Below, piece after piece: positions 12,511 through 26,504 of a stretch of DNA of 64,000 nucleotides. The notes beneath the pieces are model-generated. The model was not told where the DNA came from. It saw only the letters and a list, made by a program, of their open reading frames with translations, and did not search any database. The stretch is taken from NCBI GenBank assembly GCA_951406725.2, contig OX597833.1, forward strand, positions 40,858,001-40,922,000. Reading direction: 5' to 3'. Position 1 is the stretch's first letter; every line of letters starts with the position of its first letter. The position numbers and the translations under genes were made by a program. Source of the DNA: Octopus vulgaris (Eukaryota).

Positions 12511-13194
12511 ATTATTGAAATTGTTTTCATTGTTTATCGCCGAACCTGAATGTTTTTGAAGATCCTTGGCGTTGTGCTTAGTTATCCTTTTAAGAATCCT
12601 GTTCTTTGTTGATTTTTAATCTTCTTTTCCTTAGTTGATTAGAAATATTAGGTGTTTGATAAACCGTTTTTCTTATTCTTCTTGTAGAGTAAGTTTTTAA
12701 AAGAAAAAAAGGGTATAAAACAGAAAATAATTCAAAATAGCGTCGTCTCAGTCGTTTAGACAGCAAGAGAAGGTAGTTTTTGGAGGTGAAACTGTCTTTC
12801 GCAGCCATCTCCTACCATATAATATTGTAGTCGTAGAAGCAATGACAACCTGTACCAGAAGCAGCGACAGCAGAAACAACAAGAACAATGACAACAACTA
12901 TTAAAAGCAACAATGGCAAAAATAGTAGTGGCAAAAATAGTAGTGGCAGAAAGAACAACGGCAATAGTAGCGGCAGCAACAATAATGACATGTCAACGAA
13001 AGTAGCTTGTTGAATTACCAGCAGCTGCAAATTATGTATTGCTACGACGATCTTCACACGTTACGATTTAAGTAACGTTATGATATAAGCAACGTTATGA
13101 TATAAATATATTGATCATGCGACGTTATGATATAAATAAACCAATTATGACTTTACATCAAAACAGTCCGATTGTGACGTTACCTAAAAAGTAA

Positions 13195-13581
13195 TCTCTA
13201 TATATATAAAACTGAAGTTGTCTGTGTATGGCAGGTTCGGTAGCCTTCAACTAACACTATCTCCTCCGAGACCCTACGGCACAAGTTGACCAAAATTGAG
13301 AGAATGATAGAAGAAGGCTTGCTCTTCTTCCGTAGAAGAAAAAATTCAAATCGGACCATGTTAACACCAAACATTATTTACATCAAAAAGGTGCTTTTTT
13401 TCTATGAAAATCCCTATATTTTACGATTTTTTTACTGCTGTGTCGTCATTTTTCGGTGTATTTCAGTCAGAAAAATGTTCACTTAAAGAGAATAATAAGC
13501 TACATAATGCAAAATTTTTACTTTTCAAAAATTCCAATTCTAAAGGGTCGAAAAGAAAACAAACCCGAGCAACGCTGCTAG
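13195..13581 (+). mobile_element. Non-autonomous Helitron (family H2, 3' hairpin partly deleted)
   Basis: A|TCTCTATATATA… start and …aaacccgagcaacgctgCTAG|T end; the terminus is shared with H1 but the body differs. Confidence 0.7.
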
Positions 13582-14418
13582 TCGTAAAAATATTCAATCA
13601 TTACGTTGAATCAAAATTGATCTTATGGTGCAGTTATGTCAAAAATAGCTATATTATATGTAATATTATACTACCAACAGTTTTATTGTGATGCTATGAT
13701 ATAAATAATCTTTTGGTAACACCCTTTTGTGATCATATTTCTGTTGAAAATACTTCCTTGTTTCAAGTAATTTTGAAAATAATAAAGAATTCAGTAAAAT
13801 AACTTCGTCATTATTTAGCTGGTATTTGGAGCATATATATCAACATGAAATTTCGATAGAAGATTTTTAATTCAACCCGCTAAGGGCGGCAACAGCGGTT
13901 TTGTATCAAAATGGTTAAATCAGAAGTTGTCATACTGTCATATTAGGTGATAACCAGCATAACTGGTATGTAAGTGGTCCTTTTGTAATGCCATGAATGG
14001 ACGTATTTCGACGCTATAATCATATCGAGATGATACGTAAAAGAGTCCAATTAATACAACCTATATTTGTATACAACGCATTCTCTCTCTCTCTTTCTCT
14101 CTCTCTCTTTCTCTCTCTCTCTTTCCATCTCTACCTACCCCCCCCTCTCTCTCTCTCTTTCTCACGTACATACAAATTCAGAAAAAAATACACCTATATT
14201 TCATACAATTTTCTAATAGATATTTTAACACTTCTTAGAATAAAACCTGTTTCATTTTCAGTCAAATTCAAATCATGTAACCAGCAACTCAATCAAATAC
14301 ATCCTGGATTGTTTTTAACGAATGGCTTGTAATCACTTAACTTTTTATTTATATATCTAATTCATTGAAACCAAGCTACATTACTTTAATTTTACTTCCA
14401 ATATATTTTAATACTTTT

Positions 14419-14464
<46 letters not shown>

Positions 14465-14494
14465 TTGTGTAAAGGTGTGTATATGTGTATATAG

Positions 14495-14541
<47 letters not shown>

Positions 14542-14583
14542 TATATGTACACACACACACAAACATACATTATATACATACTA

Positions 14584-15122
14584 TATTGGGTCATCCCATA
14601 AATAATGCGGTTTTTTCAATTGCACGAACTAAAAGTCGGATGGGGACGGGATAAACTACCTGCATCAACTTGCTATAAAAGCAGGTACTTATTCTTAGTG
14701 CAAGTTTCGAAGAATGCAGTTCGATTTTAACAGTTATTTTTTCAAAGCTATAATGGAAGTGACAAAGGAGCATATTCGGCATATTTTGCTTTGTGAGTTC
14801 AATAAAGGGAACAACACAACGGAAACTGCGAGGAATATTAATGCAGTATATGGGGATCGAACACTAAGCGTAAGCTAGTGTCAACAGTGGTTCCAGAAAT
14901 TCCGAGCTGGAAACTACAGCCTAGAAGGCGATCCTCGTCCTGGAAGATCTGTAGAGCTTGACGAGGACGTCCTGCAAACCCTGGTGAGACAAAATCCATC
15001 GTAATTGTTGAGGAACTATCAGAGAAGCTTGGATTTGGTCATTCAAACAGTCATTCAAGTCAGCGCTAGAAGAAAAACGACCATCTTTGGTTTCAAGACG
15101 AATGGTGTTCTTCCATCAGGAT
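14584..15122 (+). mobile_element. Internally deleted mariner transposon remnant
   Basis: TA followed by TIR tattgggtcatcccataa. From ATG 14753: MEVTKEHIRHILLCEFNKGNNTTETARNINAVYGDRTLSVS*CQQWFQKFRAGNYSLEGDPRPGRS…, then a jump to ALEEKRPSLVSRRMVFFHQD. Confidence 0.9.
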
Positions 15123-15153
15123 ATATATCCATCTATCCATGTCTGTCTATTTA

Positions 15154-15250
<97 letters not shown>

Positions 15251-15311
15251 ACAAATGTGTGTCTATGAATATATACATACATAAACATATGTATATATTC
15301 TTCTTCTTCTT

Positions 15312-15355
<44 letters not shown>

Positions 15356-15411
15356 CATCCTCATCATCATCATTATCATCATTATTATTATTATCATTAT
15401 TATTATTATTA

Positions 15412-15930
15412 TTGAGAGAGCATTGCATGCCATCAAAGTGACAGTGGGGGTAAATATAAGAAACCCAGTAAACCCTACCCGTCTGATAAAGGGTTACCAG
15501 GCACAGGCATCACGACCATATGTGTGCGACATGATCTCATATCAAGATAAACAGCGCATGACCTAACAAGTGGGGCCGAGTTAGAATTTTTTTCACGTCG
15601 AGTAGTCTATCCTTCTCAAAAGATCCCTGAATAAGGGTTGTTTAAGGATGTTGAGCGAAACAACCATGTTTCCAAAGGGGAATTAGCCAAACCCCAAAGA
15701 ATCCCTCCCCAGTACTTCTGCTCGTGATCAGAGATGCACATATCGTCAGCCACTAAGGGACATGGTCAAATGGTTAAGGTCAAACAACTGACAAGCAAAT
15801 TTGTGGTATTGAGCAGAATATTTGCTGTAGCCCATCTTTTATACCAAGACAAAACAATGTACATGATAACACTTCCAATCAGTTAAGGTCAGAAGCCACA
15901 AGAGTCACTGTCAGGTACTGCATCAGGGCA
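15412..15930 (-). mobile_element. Unclassified dispersed repeat ending in (TAA)n; second copy at 61932-62304
   Basis: Long collinear similarity between the two loci (gagagagcattgcatgc…cttctgctcgtgatcagaga…gtactgcatcaggg); strand inferred from the (TAA)n tail. Confidence 0.7.
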
Positions 15931-16086
15931 AAATATGTATGTATGTATGTATGTATGTATGCATGTATGTATGTGTGTATGCATGTATGTGTGTATGTAT
16001 GTACGTACGTATGTATGTATCTAACTATCTGTCTGTTTACCTATCTGTTTGTCGGTCTATTTGTCTGTCTGTCTCTGTCTGTCTCT

Positions 16087-16146
16087 GTTGCTTAACTTCG
16101 GTGATCGGACGAGAACCGGTGCTTTCAACGTGATATGGCCGTAAGC
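16087..16146 (-). pseudogene. Truncated 5S rRNA (nt 1-60)
   Basis: Minus strand GCTTACGGCCATATCACGTTGAAAGCACCGGTTCTCGTCCGATCACCGAAGTTAAGCAAC is the 5' half of metazoan 5S rRNA, reaching box A; box C and the 3' half are absent. Confidence 0.9.
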
Positions 16147-16519
16147 ATCAGAGTGCTAAATTTTAATATATTCATTCTATAAACTGATACTAAAACTTCT
16201 TATTTTAGAATAAGTTTATCCTCTTTAAAATTAATATTTTTTTACGTTCGTTAACAACACATTATTTAACATATACTACAATTTTTTTTCATTTTCCTGA
16301 CCGAGTCCTAAACTAAAGATTAACAACGCGAGATGTGAAATGTTTTCTGGTACAGATCAACGTGAAAGGAACGTAGTTGCTTGACTTGCTGGTGTCTAAT
16401 GTGTTGTAGGTAACTAAAAACTCATATGACCGTAACAATGAGAAGGAAAATAGGAAAATTTCATAAGCCTTAATAAATACCATACTGAATCTGAATATAT
16501 ATATGTGTGTGTGTGTAGA

Positions 16520-16730
16520 AGGCAGTGAGTGGGCAGAATCGTTAACATGCTGGCCAATATGCCAAGCAGTAGTTCGTCTATCTTTACGGACTGAGTTCAA
16601 TTTACGCTAAAGTCGACTTTACCTTTCGTCCTTTCGGGGTCGATAAAACGAATACCAGTTGAACACTGGGGTCGATGTAATCGACATACCCCCTCTCCCG
16701 AAATTGCTGGCCTTGTACCAAAATTTGGAA
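16520..16730 (+). mobile_element. SINE family B
   Basis: Family head and body. Confidence 0.8.
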
Positions 16731-17783
16731 CCTATATATATATATATATATATATATGCATAACTGTATGTATGTGTATATTTACGAGCATATATGTGTC
16801 TGCACTCGCTTGTGCGTATTTGGAGAAATAAACAGGAGAAATAGAGCTCGATACATTTTATTTCCACTCATGGAAATAAAATTATTCTCATAATCAATGG
16901 AGAGCAGAATCCTCCGGGGAAACCAGCGCATCTAAATAGTGAAACTGCAATACAAGCAGTGGAGCCCCAAATTATATTGTACTAAATTTGCTCCCATCCT
17001 AGCCTTGTCAATCCTAAATATTGCCATTTCAACATCCTAGGATACTCAATGATTTTGGTTTTACCACCAGAAGAATAAATAAACAGATTATGAGTGACGC
17101 ACTTGCAATATTTGACCCTTAGTAAATAATATTCTTCAAGATGCAGTCCAGCAACAGATAATGTTTACTCTTGGGATTCATAGACTGACAATGCAAAGCT
17201 TTGGTGTTCTGGGAATTGAAGCCTCCCAAATCGAAGGGGAGTATCAGTTGGTATGAATTGAAATTACGAACATAACTGCACCCTCTCTTTTGGTACACCT
17301 GGGGAAATTAGTAGTTTTGGTGACATGTAGTATAACTTCTTAATCATTTTCTTTGTGCCAGTGCATAGCCGTGGTTGATCTAAATTATGCAGCTGCATAT
17401 TTGAGGATTTTCATTTTTAGCTAAAATCTGTATGCAGTAGACCTGAATATTCCAATGAATTTTTAAATTTTGAAGAATAGGGAACAATTCTTTAATCCGC
17501 AAGCATTATCTGTTGAATTGCAGGTATGAATATCTGTCTAAAATATCTGTTACAGAGATCAAATATTTCATCTCTGTATCAGAATACAATACAGTGTTCC
17601 ACTCATGATCTCTTGCAGTTAAGCATCCAAATGCATTTGGAATACCCAATACTAAATGCCAATTAACTGCAATGGTGAAACTTACGTAGGACAAAATAAT
17701 TGTAATGAGGTTTATCTTAATTTCCACTACACACACACTCTCTCTCTCTCTCTCCCTCTTTCTCTCTCACACACACACATAAA

Positions 17784-17838
<55 letters not shown>

Positions 17839-17912
17839 ATATATATATATATATCTATCTATCTATCTATCCATCTATCTATCCATCCATCTATCCATCC
17901 ATCCATCCATCC

Positions 17913-17972
<60 letters not shown>

Positions 17973-17990
17973 GTCCATATATATATATAT

Positions 17991-18389
17991 TGGCTGTGTG
18001 GTAAGTAGCTTGCTTACCAACCACATGGTTCCGGGTTCAGTCCGACTGCGTGGCACCTTGGGCAAGTGTCTTCTACTATAGCCTCGGGCCGACCAAAGCC
18101 TTGTGAATGGATTTGGTAGACGCAAACTGAAAGAAGCCCGTCATATATATGTATATATATATATATGTGTGTATGTGTCTGTGTGTCTGTGTTTGTTCCC
18201 CCAACATCGCTTGACAACCGATGCTGGTGTGTTTACGTCAACGTTACTTAGCGGTTCGGCAAAAGAAACCGATAGAATAAGTACTAGGCTTACAAAGAAT
18301 AAGTCCTGGGGTCGATTTGATCGACTAAAAAGGCGGTGCTTCAGCATGGCCGCAGTCAAATGACTGAAACAAGTAAAAGAGTAAAAGAG
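17991..18389 (+). mobile_element. SINE family A (tRNA head plus CORE-like segment)
   Basis: tggctgtgtggtaag A-box-like, gggttcagtcc B-box-like, ggcaccttgggcaagtgtct CORE-like, internal (TA/TG)n, conserved tail. Confidence 0.85.
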
Positions 18390-18853
18390 TATGCACACAC
18401 ACACACACATATATATATTTGATGGTATTTGCATATTAGTATCTTCAAAGATCAGGCCTGAAATTAATGAGTCCCAACAAGCAATCCATTGTAAAGACAA
18501 AAAAATAAAACAAGATAAAATAAAATAAACAACATTCAATGCAGTTTTGCTTCTTAACGAAGTTTTTAAAGCCTCTTTCCTTTATGCTCCCCCTCCCCCA
18601 TCCGCCTCCGCTCGCTACCACCATTGACCCAAGAGATGTTTATCAACGCTGCTCTCAAATAAAGCACAGAGAGTCCAAATGTGTTAAAAAGTAATAGTAA
18701 TACGTATATTTAAACATAAAACAAACCCAGATATGATTGAAGCTGACATGTTATGGCTTCTTTGAACAAAGGTAAAAACCTGGAAAAATACCCCCAAATC
18801 GTTTATTATTTTTGTTGTTGCTTTTGTTGATGTTTATGTGGTTGTTCTTCCTT

Positions 18854-18942
<89 letters not shown>

Positions 18943-18943
18943 G

Positions 18944-18988
<45 letters not shown>

Positions 18989-19119
18989 ATAATAATAATA
19001 ATAATACTGATACTATTACTGCTACTAATATGGTAGCCATTGTTAATATACTAGCCGTTATCATTGTTGTTATTATTTGAATAATATTTCTGCTACTGTT
19101 GTTGCTGCTGTTGTTGTTG

Positions 19120-19164
<45 letters not shown>

Positions 19165-19165
19165 G
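18854..19165. repeat. (CTA)n/(AAT)n/(TTA)n tract
   Basis: Directly visible. Confidence 0.9.
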
Positions 19166-19644
19166 CCTGCATTCTTTGAGATTGCGCCACCTTTCCCCCA
19201 CCCCCCCGTCCTCATCGGAAATTCATTGAGTTCTCTTTTTACATTATTAGTCGTATTAGACGCCCAGCAATCTAAAGTCGCGTGAAATGTTGATTTAGCA
19301 TCTACTAAGTTAGAAAATGAGAAAATAACATAGTAACAACAATAACAACAACAACAACAAAAATGAATAAAAAGCAAAACCAAAAAAAAACAAACAGAAA
19401 TACAAACGCAACAACAACAACAACAACAACACAAACAACAACAGCAACAACAAAAATAAAATAAAATAAAATAAAATAAAATATAAACTGTAGCGGCAAT
19501 GAGTAAATGTTCGGTGGAAGTGAAGAATTTAGCTCCTATGGGAAAGTGAGCTATCCAAACAACAACAAAAAGAGAGAGATCTTTTAAACTTTTCTTCTTC
19601 ACTTCCGTAAGCAGCAGTATTACAGCAGCTGGTATTGCCAGTTC

Positions 19645-19649
<5 letters not shown>

Positions 19650-19701
<52 letters not shown>

Positions 19702-19981
19702 ACATACATTCATACATACATACATACATACATCATACATACATACATAATACATAATACATACATATATACATACATAAATACATACATACATACATAC
19801 ATACATTCATACATACATACATACATACATACATAAATACATACATACATACATACATACATACATACATAAATACATACATACATACATACATACATAC
19901 ATACATACATACATACATACATACATACATACATACATACATAAATACATACATACATACATACATACATAAATACATACA

Positions 19982-20015
<34 letters not shown>

Positions 20016-20600
20016 CATACATATATACATACATCATACATACATACATAAGTACGTACGTACGTACATCATACATACATACATACATACAAACATACAT
20101 ACATACGTACGGACGTACATCTGTATATTCATAAATATAAACGTACACATGCATGTGTAAGTGTGAGTGAGTGTGTGCGTGTTTGTGTTGTGTGTGTGTA
20201 TGTGTGTGTACACATACATATCTGTCAATATACACATATACACATCTGTACATATATAATTATACACACTCACGCGCACAGACGCAGATACAGACAGACA
20301 CACACACACACATATATACATACATAAATACATATATACACACATGAATTTGTTTATATATACATGGACACACAAACATATATGTATATACGTATGTATG
20401 TATGTGCGTATGTATGTATGTATGTATGTATGTATGTATGTATGTATGTATGTATGTATGTATGTATGAATGTATGTATGTATGTATGTATGTATGTATG
20501 TATGTATGTATGTATGTATGTATGTATGTATGTATATATGTATGTATGTATGTATTATGTATGTATGTATGTATTTATGTATGTATGTATGTATGCGTAT
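19650..20600. repeat. (CA)n, (TACA)n and (TATG)n tracts
   Basis: Directly visible. Confidence 0.95.
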
Positions 20601-21079
20601 ATGTGTGTACCTTTGCGTATTTCTAAGTATCTGTGAAAATATGAATTATGCCTATGTGCGCACTCAAGTGCATATCTCTCTACACACATGTGTCTATGCC
20701 TGTGTATATGTGTGTGTATTTGTGCGTACACGCGCACGTGTGTATATATTTCTGGAATATGGAGCAGTAGACTTTTATTGTTGTATCGGGACACACTTGC
20801 AACTGTTTTGGGGGGTTTATTAGAGAAACTATGTCGTTCGTTAGTAGATCTGGTTGCTAATAAATACACCCCTTCTTCGTAGAAGGCAGCTATTTAAACA
20901 TCTAGTACTTATGTATATGTGAGTAACAAACACTACAATACCGGTGGTAAACTCTTGTTTCTGGGGATGCTGTATCATTGCACTTCACGTCAGAGTTTAG
21001 ACACATGGTTCGGCCTAAGATCTCATTGTATCTATGTATTTTCAGTATGTCCCTTTTCCCTTGACATCTTCTTACCGAT

Positions 21080-21209
<130 letters not shown>

Positions 21210-21263
21210 CGGAGATGTACTCGCATAGCAAGTAATTTGATCTGAGATCGTGTGCTGAAACGA

Positions 21264-21448
21264 AAACAATTGCAGCGTGGAAGGTGTTTATAAGCCATTT
21301 AAGAAACACACAAAAGCCGTTCGATTCACTTCAACATTTAAGTTCAATTTGTCAAAATATTTTCGTCGCTAAACTTAAATGTTGAAGTGAATCGAACGGC
21401 TTTTGTGTGTTTCTTAAATGGCTTATAAACACCTTCCATGCTGCAATT

Positions 21449-21452
<4 letters not shown>
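21264..21452. repeat. Near-perfect inverted repeat (81-bp arms, 27-bp spacer) between two (TA)n tracts
   Basis: Arm 21264-21344 versus arm 21372-21452, one mismatch (gcgtgg/ccatgc). Confidence 0.95.
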
Positions 21453-21503
<51 letters not shown>

Positions 21504-21714
21504 TGAGAAGTAATGGTGTCATTGAGACCCAAAGGTGCCAGGTGATGCTGAATAAGTGCTATAGATATACCATAATTAAGTTCCAGGTTCGGTGATTATG
21601 CGAATAAGGGGTTCAACGTTGGTCATATGTCAGCGTGTGTATATAAAACGTTTTTTTCCGTAATGAGATAAAAAACCAAGGCTGTGTAAATTTTAGAACA
21701 TTTATAAATAGAAG

Positions 21715-21762
21715 GTCTTACAGCTGTTTCCAGGATATTTATATTATCCCTTCATTGGAGAC
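21715..21762 (-). ncRNA. Minimal type I hammerhead-like motif, core mutated
   Basis: Minus strand gtct-CCAATGAA-gggata-atataaa-tatcct-g-GAAAC-AGCT-GTA-agac: helices I, II and III all form; the core deviates from CUGANGA. Confidence 0.55.
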
Positions 21763-22533
21763 GATTGAATAATTCTAACATATTATTTTAGAGATATATA
21801 TGTAGTTGGAAAGTATCTCCTCCAATCACTTCATTTTTCAAATTATTTTAGCAATTGAAGACTTTCAAGAATGACAGCAATTAATTTTATGTTCCATTAT
21901 AGATTATACTTATAATAATTCTGCTTGTCATTGCGTTACTTAAGTCGTCGGTAACGTTTCCACGTGATTAGAGAAAAAGAGGGAGAAAGGAAAGAGGGAG
22001 AGAGAAAAAGAGGGAGAAAGGAAAAGAGGGAGAAAGGAAAAGAGGGAGAGAGAAGCGTCCATGAGTGAGGTAGGGAGAATGTAATATTTATCACGTGGTT
22101 ATCAAAGTGAGTTGAAGTGAGTGATATAGAGAGAGTTGGAGATATAATTTTAGCAGAGGGGTGATATTCTGATGGCGAGGTTAAAGAAAGGTAGAGAGAG
22201 AGGAAGGGAGATAGAGACGAGAGATAGATAGGAGTGGAAATAGATAGGGGGAAAGAGAGATGATAGTGGTGGAAGTTGTGGTTGTGGGGTGGAAGTGGCT
22301 GTGGTGATTGCATAGTGAAAAGTGTAATTTTTAATTGAACAAAATATTTTTATATCACCTATCACTTAACGCATGCGCATATGCGCAATTCCGTGAAATA
22401 TTCACGCTTATTTACGTGGTAGATATATGCAATTTAACCAAAGGTTGTGTCATATCTGCTGGATATATTTTTACTATGGGAAGAATGGAAAAATAAGAGA
22501 ATATTTATTTTATAAGTGCTGTGTATTAAGTCT

Positions 22534-22838
22534 GTGGAGGCGCAATTGTCCAGTGGTTAGGGCAGCGGACTCACGGTCGGACGATCGCGGTTTCGATTCC
22601 CAGACCGGGCGTTGTGTGTGTTTATTGAGTGAAAACACCTAAAAGCTCCACGATGCTCCGGCAGGGGGGTGGTGGCGACCCCTGTTGTACTCTTTCACCA
22701 CAACTTTCTCTCACTCTCTCTTCCTGTTTCTTGAGTAACACTGCAATGGACTGGCGTCCCGTCCAGTTGGGGGGAACACATACGCCACAGAAACCGGGAA
22801 ACCGGGCCCATGAGCCTGGCTAGGCTTGAAAAGAGCGA
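22534..22838 (+). mobile_element. SINE family C, tail type 2
   Basis: tRNA-like head; tail ctgcaatggactggcgtcccgtccag…ggctaggcttgaaaag. Confidence 0.85.
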
Positions 22839-23051
22839 AAAGGAAAAGGTGTATTAAGTCTATAAAATTGTGCATAAAGTATATAAATTGTATATATAAA
22901 GTACACTAAATAATCATCGCATCCCAATTTTTTTCAATGAGTAGCAGATGAGCGACTTTCTTTCCATACAGATACAACACAGGCTACACTCTCAGGGTTT
23001 TTGGATAAAGTTTCCAGAAATAACCCAATACGTTTACCATTAATTATCGCA

Positions 23052-23468
23052 AGGCGGCGAGCTGGCAGAAACGTTAGCGCGCCGGGAGAAATGCTTAGCG
23101 GTATTTCGTCTGCCGCTATGTTCTGAGTTCAAATTCCGCCGAGGTCGTTTTGCCTTTCATCCATTCGGTGTTGATAAATTAAGTTCCAGTTATGCACTGG
23201 GGTCGATTTAATCGACGTCATCCCTTTGTCTGTCCTTGTTTGTCCTCTCTGTGTTTAGCCCCTTGTGGGTAGTAAAGAAATAGATATTTCGTCTGTCTTT
23301 ATGTTCTGAGTTCAAATTCCGCCAAGGTCGACTTTGCCTTTCATCCTTTCGGGGTCGATAAATTAAGTTCCAGTTATGCACTGGGGTCGATGTAATCGAC
23401 TTCATCTCTTTGTCTGTCCTTGTTTCTCCCCTCTATATTTAGCCCCTTGTGGGCAATAAAGAAATAAA
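23052..23468 (+). mobile_element. SINE family B with tandemly duplicated body
   Basis: One head followed by two ~180-bp body+tail units. Confidence 0.85.
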
Positions 23469-23477
23469 GTTTACCAT

Positions 23478-23693
23478 TCATCATCATCATTGTTCGACCG
23501 TGGTCGAGACAATGGAATTTACCATGTTACGCCAGACTTCACGGTCCATCATGGCATTACGGAGGTCCTGTTGCTGGATGCCTGTATCCCTGGAGATTAC
23601 ATCAGGGTAGGAGAGTGTGCGCCCTCTGGTATTGCGAGTAGATGGCTTCCAGAGGAGAAGAGTAGAAATTACCTCTTTTTCAGCTCTACAACA
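23478..23693 (-). mobile_element. 5'-truncated RTE-like LINE 3' end with (TGA)n tail
   Basis: Open frame CCRAEKEVISTLLLWKPSTRNTRGRTLSYPDVISRDTGIQQQDLRNAMMDREVWRNMVNSIVSTTVEQ*, then tgatgatga; flanked by ttaccatt on both sides. Confidence 0.8.
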
Positions 23694-23706
23694 ATTACCA
23701 TTAATT

Positions 23707-23733
23707 CCGTGAAATATTCACGGGTCCCACTAG
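23707..23733 (+). mobile_element. Probable Helitron 3' terminus
   Basis: Hairpin ccgtgaaatattcacgg followed by CTAG|T; the same hairpin recurs at 22391-22406 without CTAG. Confidence 0.4.
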
Positions 23734-25399
23734 TTTACGTAATCCTATATTCTTATTTAATATGATTCAATTAGATTTATGTTATTCACACAATGCATAC
23801 GATAGATTATTGTACACCTTATTAGAAAACATGAAAGATAACTTTCCAAGAGAACTGCAGGGACGTACCATTTATCCGAATATGTTTTTATGAAAAACAA
23901 TTCTGGGCCTTTTCTAGATACTTTCCACCTGTTTAGAATAAGGATAAATTCTGTGTATTAAAAGTTGGTTTTCATTCTCCCGGTTGATGTCTATTTGTGT
24001 CAGTATAGATAGCTATCCCATGACAGTTGGAGGGACTAACTTGAGTATCAGAAAACTACCATTCTCTTATCTGATAGATTTAGCAAGAATTTACCGTCTT
24101 TTATTTTCAATATTAATAAATAGCAAGGATAATTATATAAGTGAACGTCAAATTCGATGTTCATAAGATATTTTGTGTTTGTTTGTATGTATATATGTAT
24201 ATGCATATGCATACATATATGTATGTATATATATACATATACATGCATGCATATATGTATGTATGTATGCTTATATACATAGAAATATGAGTATATATAT
24301 GCATGTATGCAATGTATGCATATATATATATATATATATATATTGCACACACACACACATATATATCGCATGTGTGTGTGTGTGTGTGTGTAAATATATG
24401 AGCGTATGTATGCAAGTTCGTTTCGCCATTAGATCTCATTGCTAATATTTGAAAAATAATCTATTTAGTATCAGAGAAATGCTAATAAAGTAAAAAAAAA
24501 AAATCCATAAATTTTTTAATTACAGACAGAAGCAATGTGATAACTAGAATGATGTAATGGAAAAAGATAAAGAAGTGATAATGGTTAGGAATATAAATAA
24601 TAGAAGTTTAAGAGAATAGAAGAGAGAGAGAGAGAGAGAGAGTGGAAGAAAGAAGGATATAACGACAGAACGCTATTTTAAAGAGACGTTGGAAGATTGG
24701 TCGCATTTGTTTGCAAATGTCAAATCATCTAACGATATCATTGTTTAATTAAATAAAGGAATATGATCTCTGATTAGCAGAAATATATAATGTATTGTTA
24801 TTAATGAAATTATCTAATGCTAGAATTTAATGTTATTCGAAAATCTATAAATAATGTTTAGCAAAAACAATGTTGTTAGTATACACAATGTTTCCTGGTT
24901 TAAATATAAATTTAGAAAACTGAATTTACGTCAGCTAAAAACGTAAGATGTACGAATTAATATTTATTTGGAGTATGTTTAGTTAACTGCGATCCAGATA
25001 ATTAAAATCTAGATTAAATTTCAAAAAGCTTTTGTAATTTAGGCTTACCGAGGTGAAGTCTGCAGTTTTGAGGAAGTAAAAAGCAAGTTATGAAGAGGAG
25101 TTATAAGAAGGAATTCTTAAAAATTCTCATACACGAGAACTATATAGTTTGAATTAATTAAAAATATAAGAGATATTTATATGCCTGAAGACGTATCCGT
25201 TAGTCTCGCAAGTACGTATATCTGAGCTTAGGAAGTCTTGCTTCAGTTATGTTGGCAAAGCAGTGTCTGTTGTGACGAGAGATCCATATGTGAGTGACAG
25301 CATCAGTTGAAGTTGTCCGCTAGTATTTTGCGTTGTTGCAGTTTTCCGTTGGTTTTCTTTTTTTTTCATCAGCATTTCTTAGCTTTTCCTCTGATCTTT

Positions 25400-26475
25400 T
25401 GCCCTTTCTCCATTCATATATAGAGACTTGTGTTTGAAATGAAGATGGTCTCGTCCCTATATTCTCTTGCTGGACGCCAGTTCACCATACAGCTGATCGT
25501 TTGGGACTCTCCCATCTGACATGCGGTGGACATGGCCCAGCCAACAGAGGCGTCGTTGTTGCAATAGGATGAGGAGGCTGCGTATTTGCATGTGAACCAA
25601 AACATCATAGTTTGTGAATCCGTCTCAGGCTACGTAGGGGAAAAACAGTGAGATATTACTCTTTTTTGAAGTAGATGCACCGGGTCTCAAAGCATTGTGA
25701 AGACGCAAGCTCTGTAGACTGCAACCGTATTAGGTGCCGTTATTTCATTGTTCTGGGCTTTTGTTGTCAGCGTAGCAAGTGCTGAGCCGGCACTTTCAAT
25801 ACGTCTGTTGATCTCAGAGAGGTTGTCCGTGAAGGTAGAGTCGAGGTATGTAAACACGTGGATCATCTTCAGCTTGCAGATTTTGATGGTAAGGGTAGGA
25901 AAATGCCCAACACCTTTATTTTCTTCAGTCTGATGGTCAAGCCGAAATCTCAGCAGGCTCTTGTGAAACTGCCCTCGAAGCGTCGTAGTCGCTCCTCTGT
26001 GTGTATCGCCAGTACTGTGTCGTCTGCAATCACAATGTCCCGGATGAGTACATGGCGTAGTTTGTTTTTCACCCTCAGTCGAGACAAATTTAGTAGTTAC
26101 CTGCTTGATCTTGTCTAAAAGTAACACCATTAGTTGATGCCCCCAAATCTGCTTCAGCATGATAGCAAAAATAATGCCAAAGATTGTGAAGGTAAGCAAA
26201 CCACAACCCTCTGAATGCCGGAGGATTCCATAGAAAAGCTATAAAACTGAATGATGTCATTTATATCTGTGTGGAAGAACTGAACAATTCTGAGTAACTT
26301 GGGTAGGGGGTGGACACCCATCCAATCTTGACAAGGATCTTGAACAAGCCGTTTCCACAAGGTGAAGGCTTTCGCGAGGGAAACGAAAGCAATATTGAGG
26401 GTGTTCGCTTTAAAATTTTTTTATTGCAGTTGTTGAATGAAGAAGATTATGTCAGTTATGGGGCGTTCTGAAATT
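25400..26475 (-). mobile_element. RTE/BovB-like LINE, RT core to C-terminus (decayed)
   Basis: ERPITDIIFFIQQLQ*K…LNIAFVSLAKAF; TIFGIIFAIMLK; FTYLDSTFTDNLSEINRRIESAGSAL…VAVYRACVFTML. Confidence 0.85.
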
Positions 26476-26504
26476 TTGGGTATACCCATTTGGCGACTTC
26501 ACTG

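Noticed and set aside
13715-13918. Second piggyBac-like MITE ending ggttaa
   Set aside because: The left terminus is too degenerate to pair with the right.
16860-17720. Possible very old PLE RT/endonuclease remnant (NPPGKP; [11 protein letters not shown])
   Set aside because: The motifs are too short and the frames too broken to support by eye.
25185-25218. CTGAAGA…cgcaaGTACGTA, a possible further hammerhead relic
   Set aside because: GAAAC is broken and helices I and II are not convincing.
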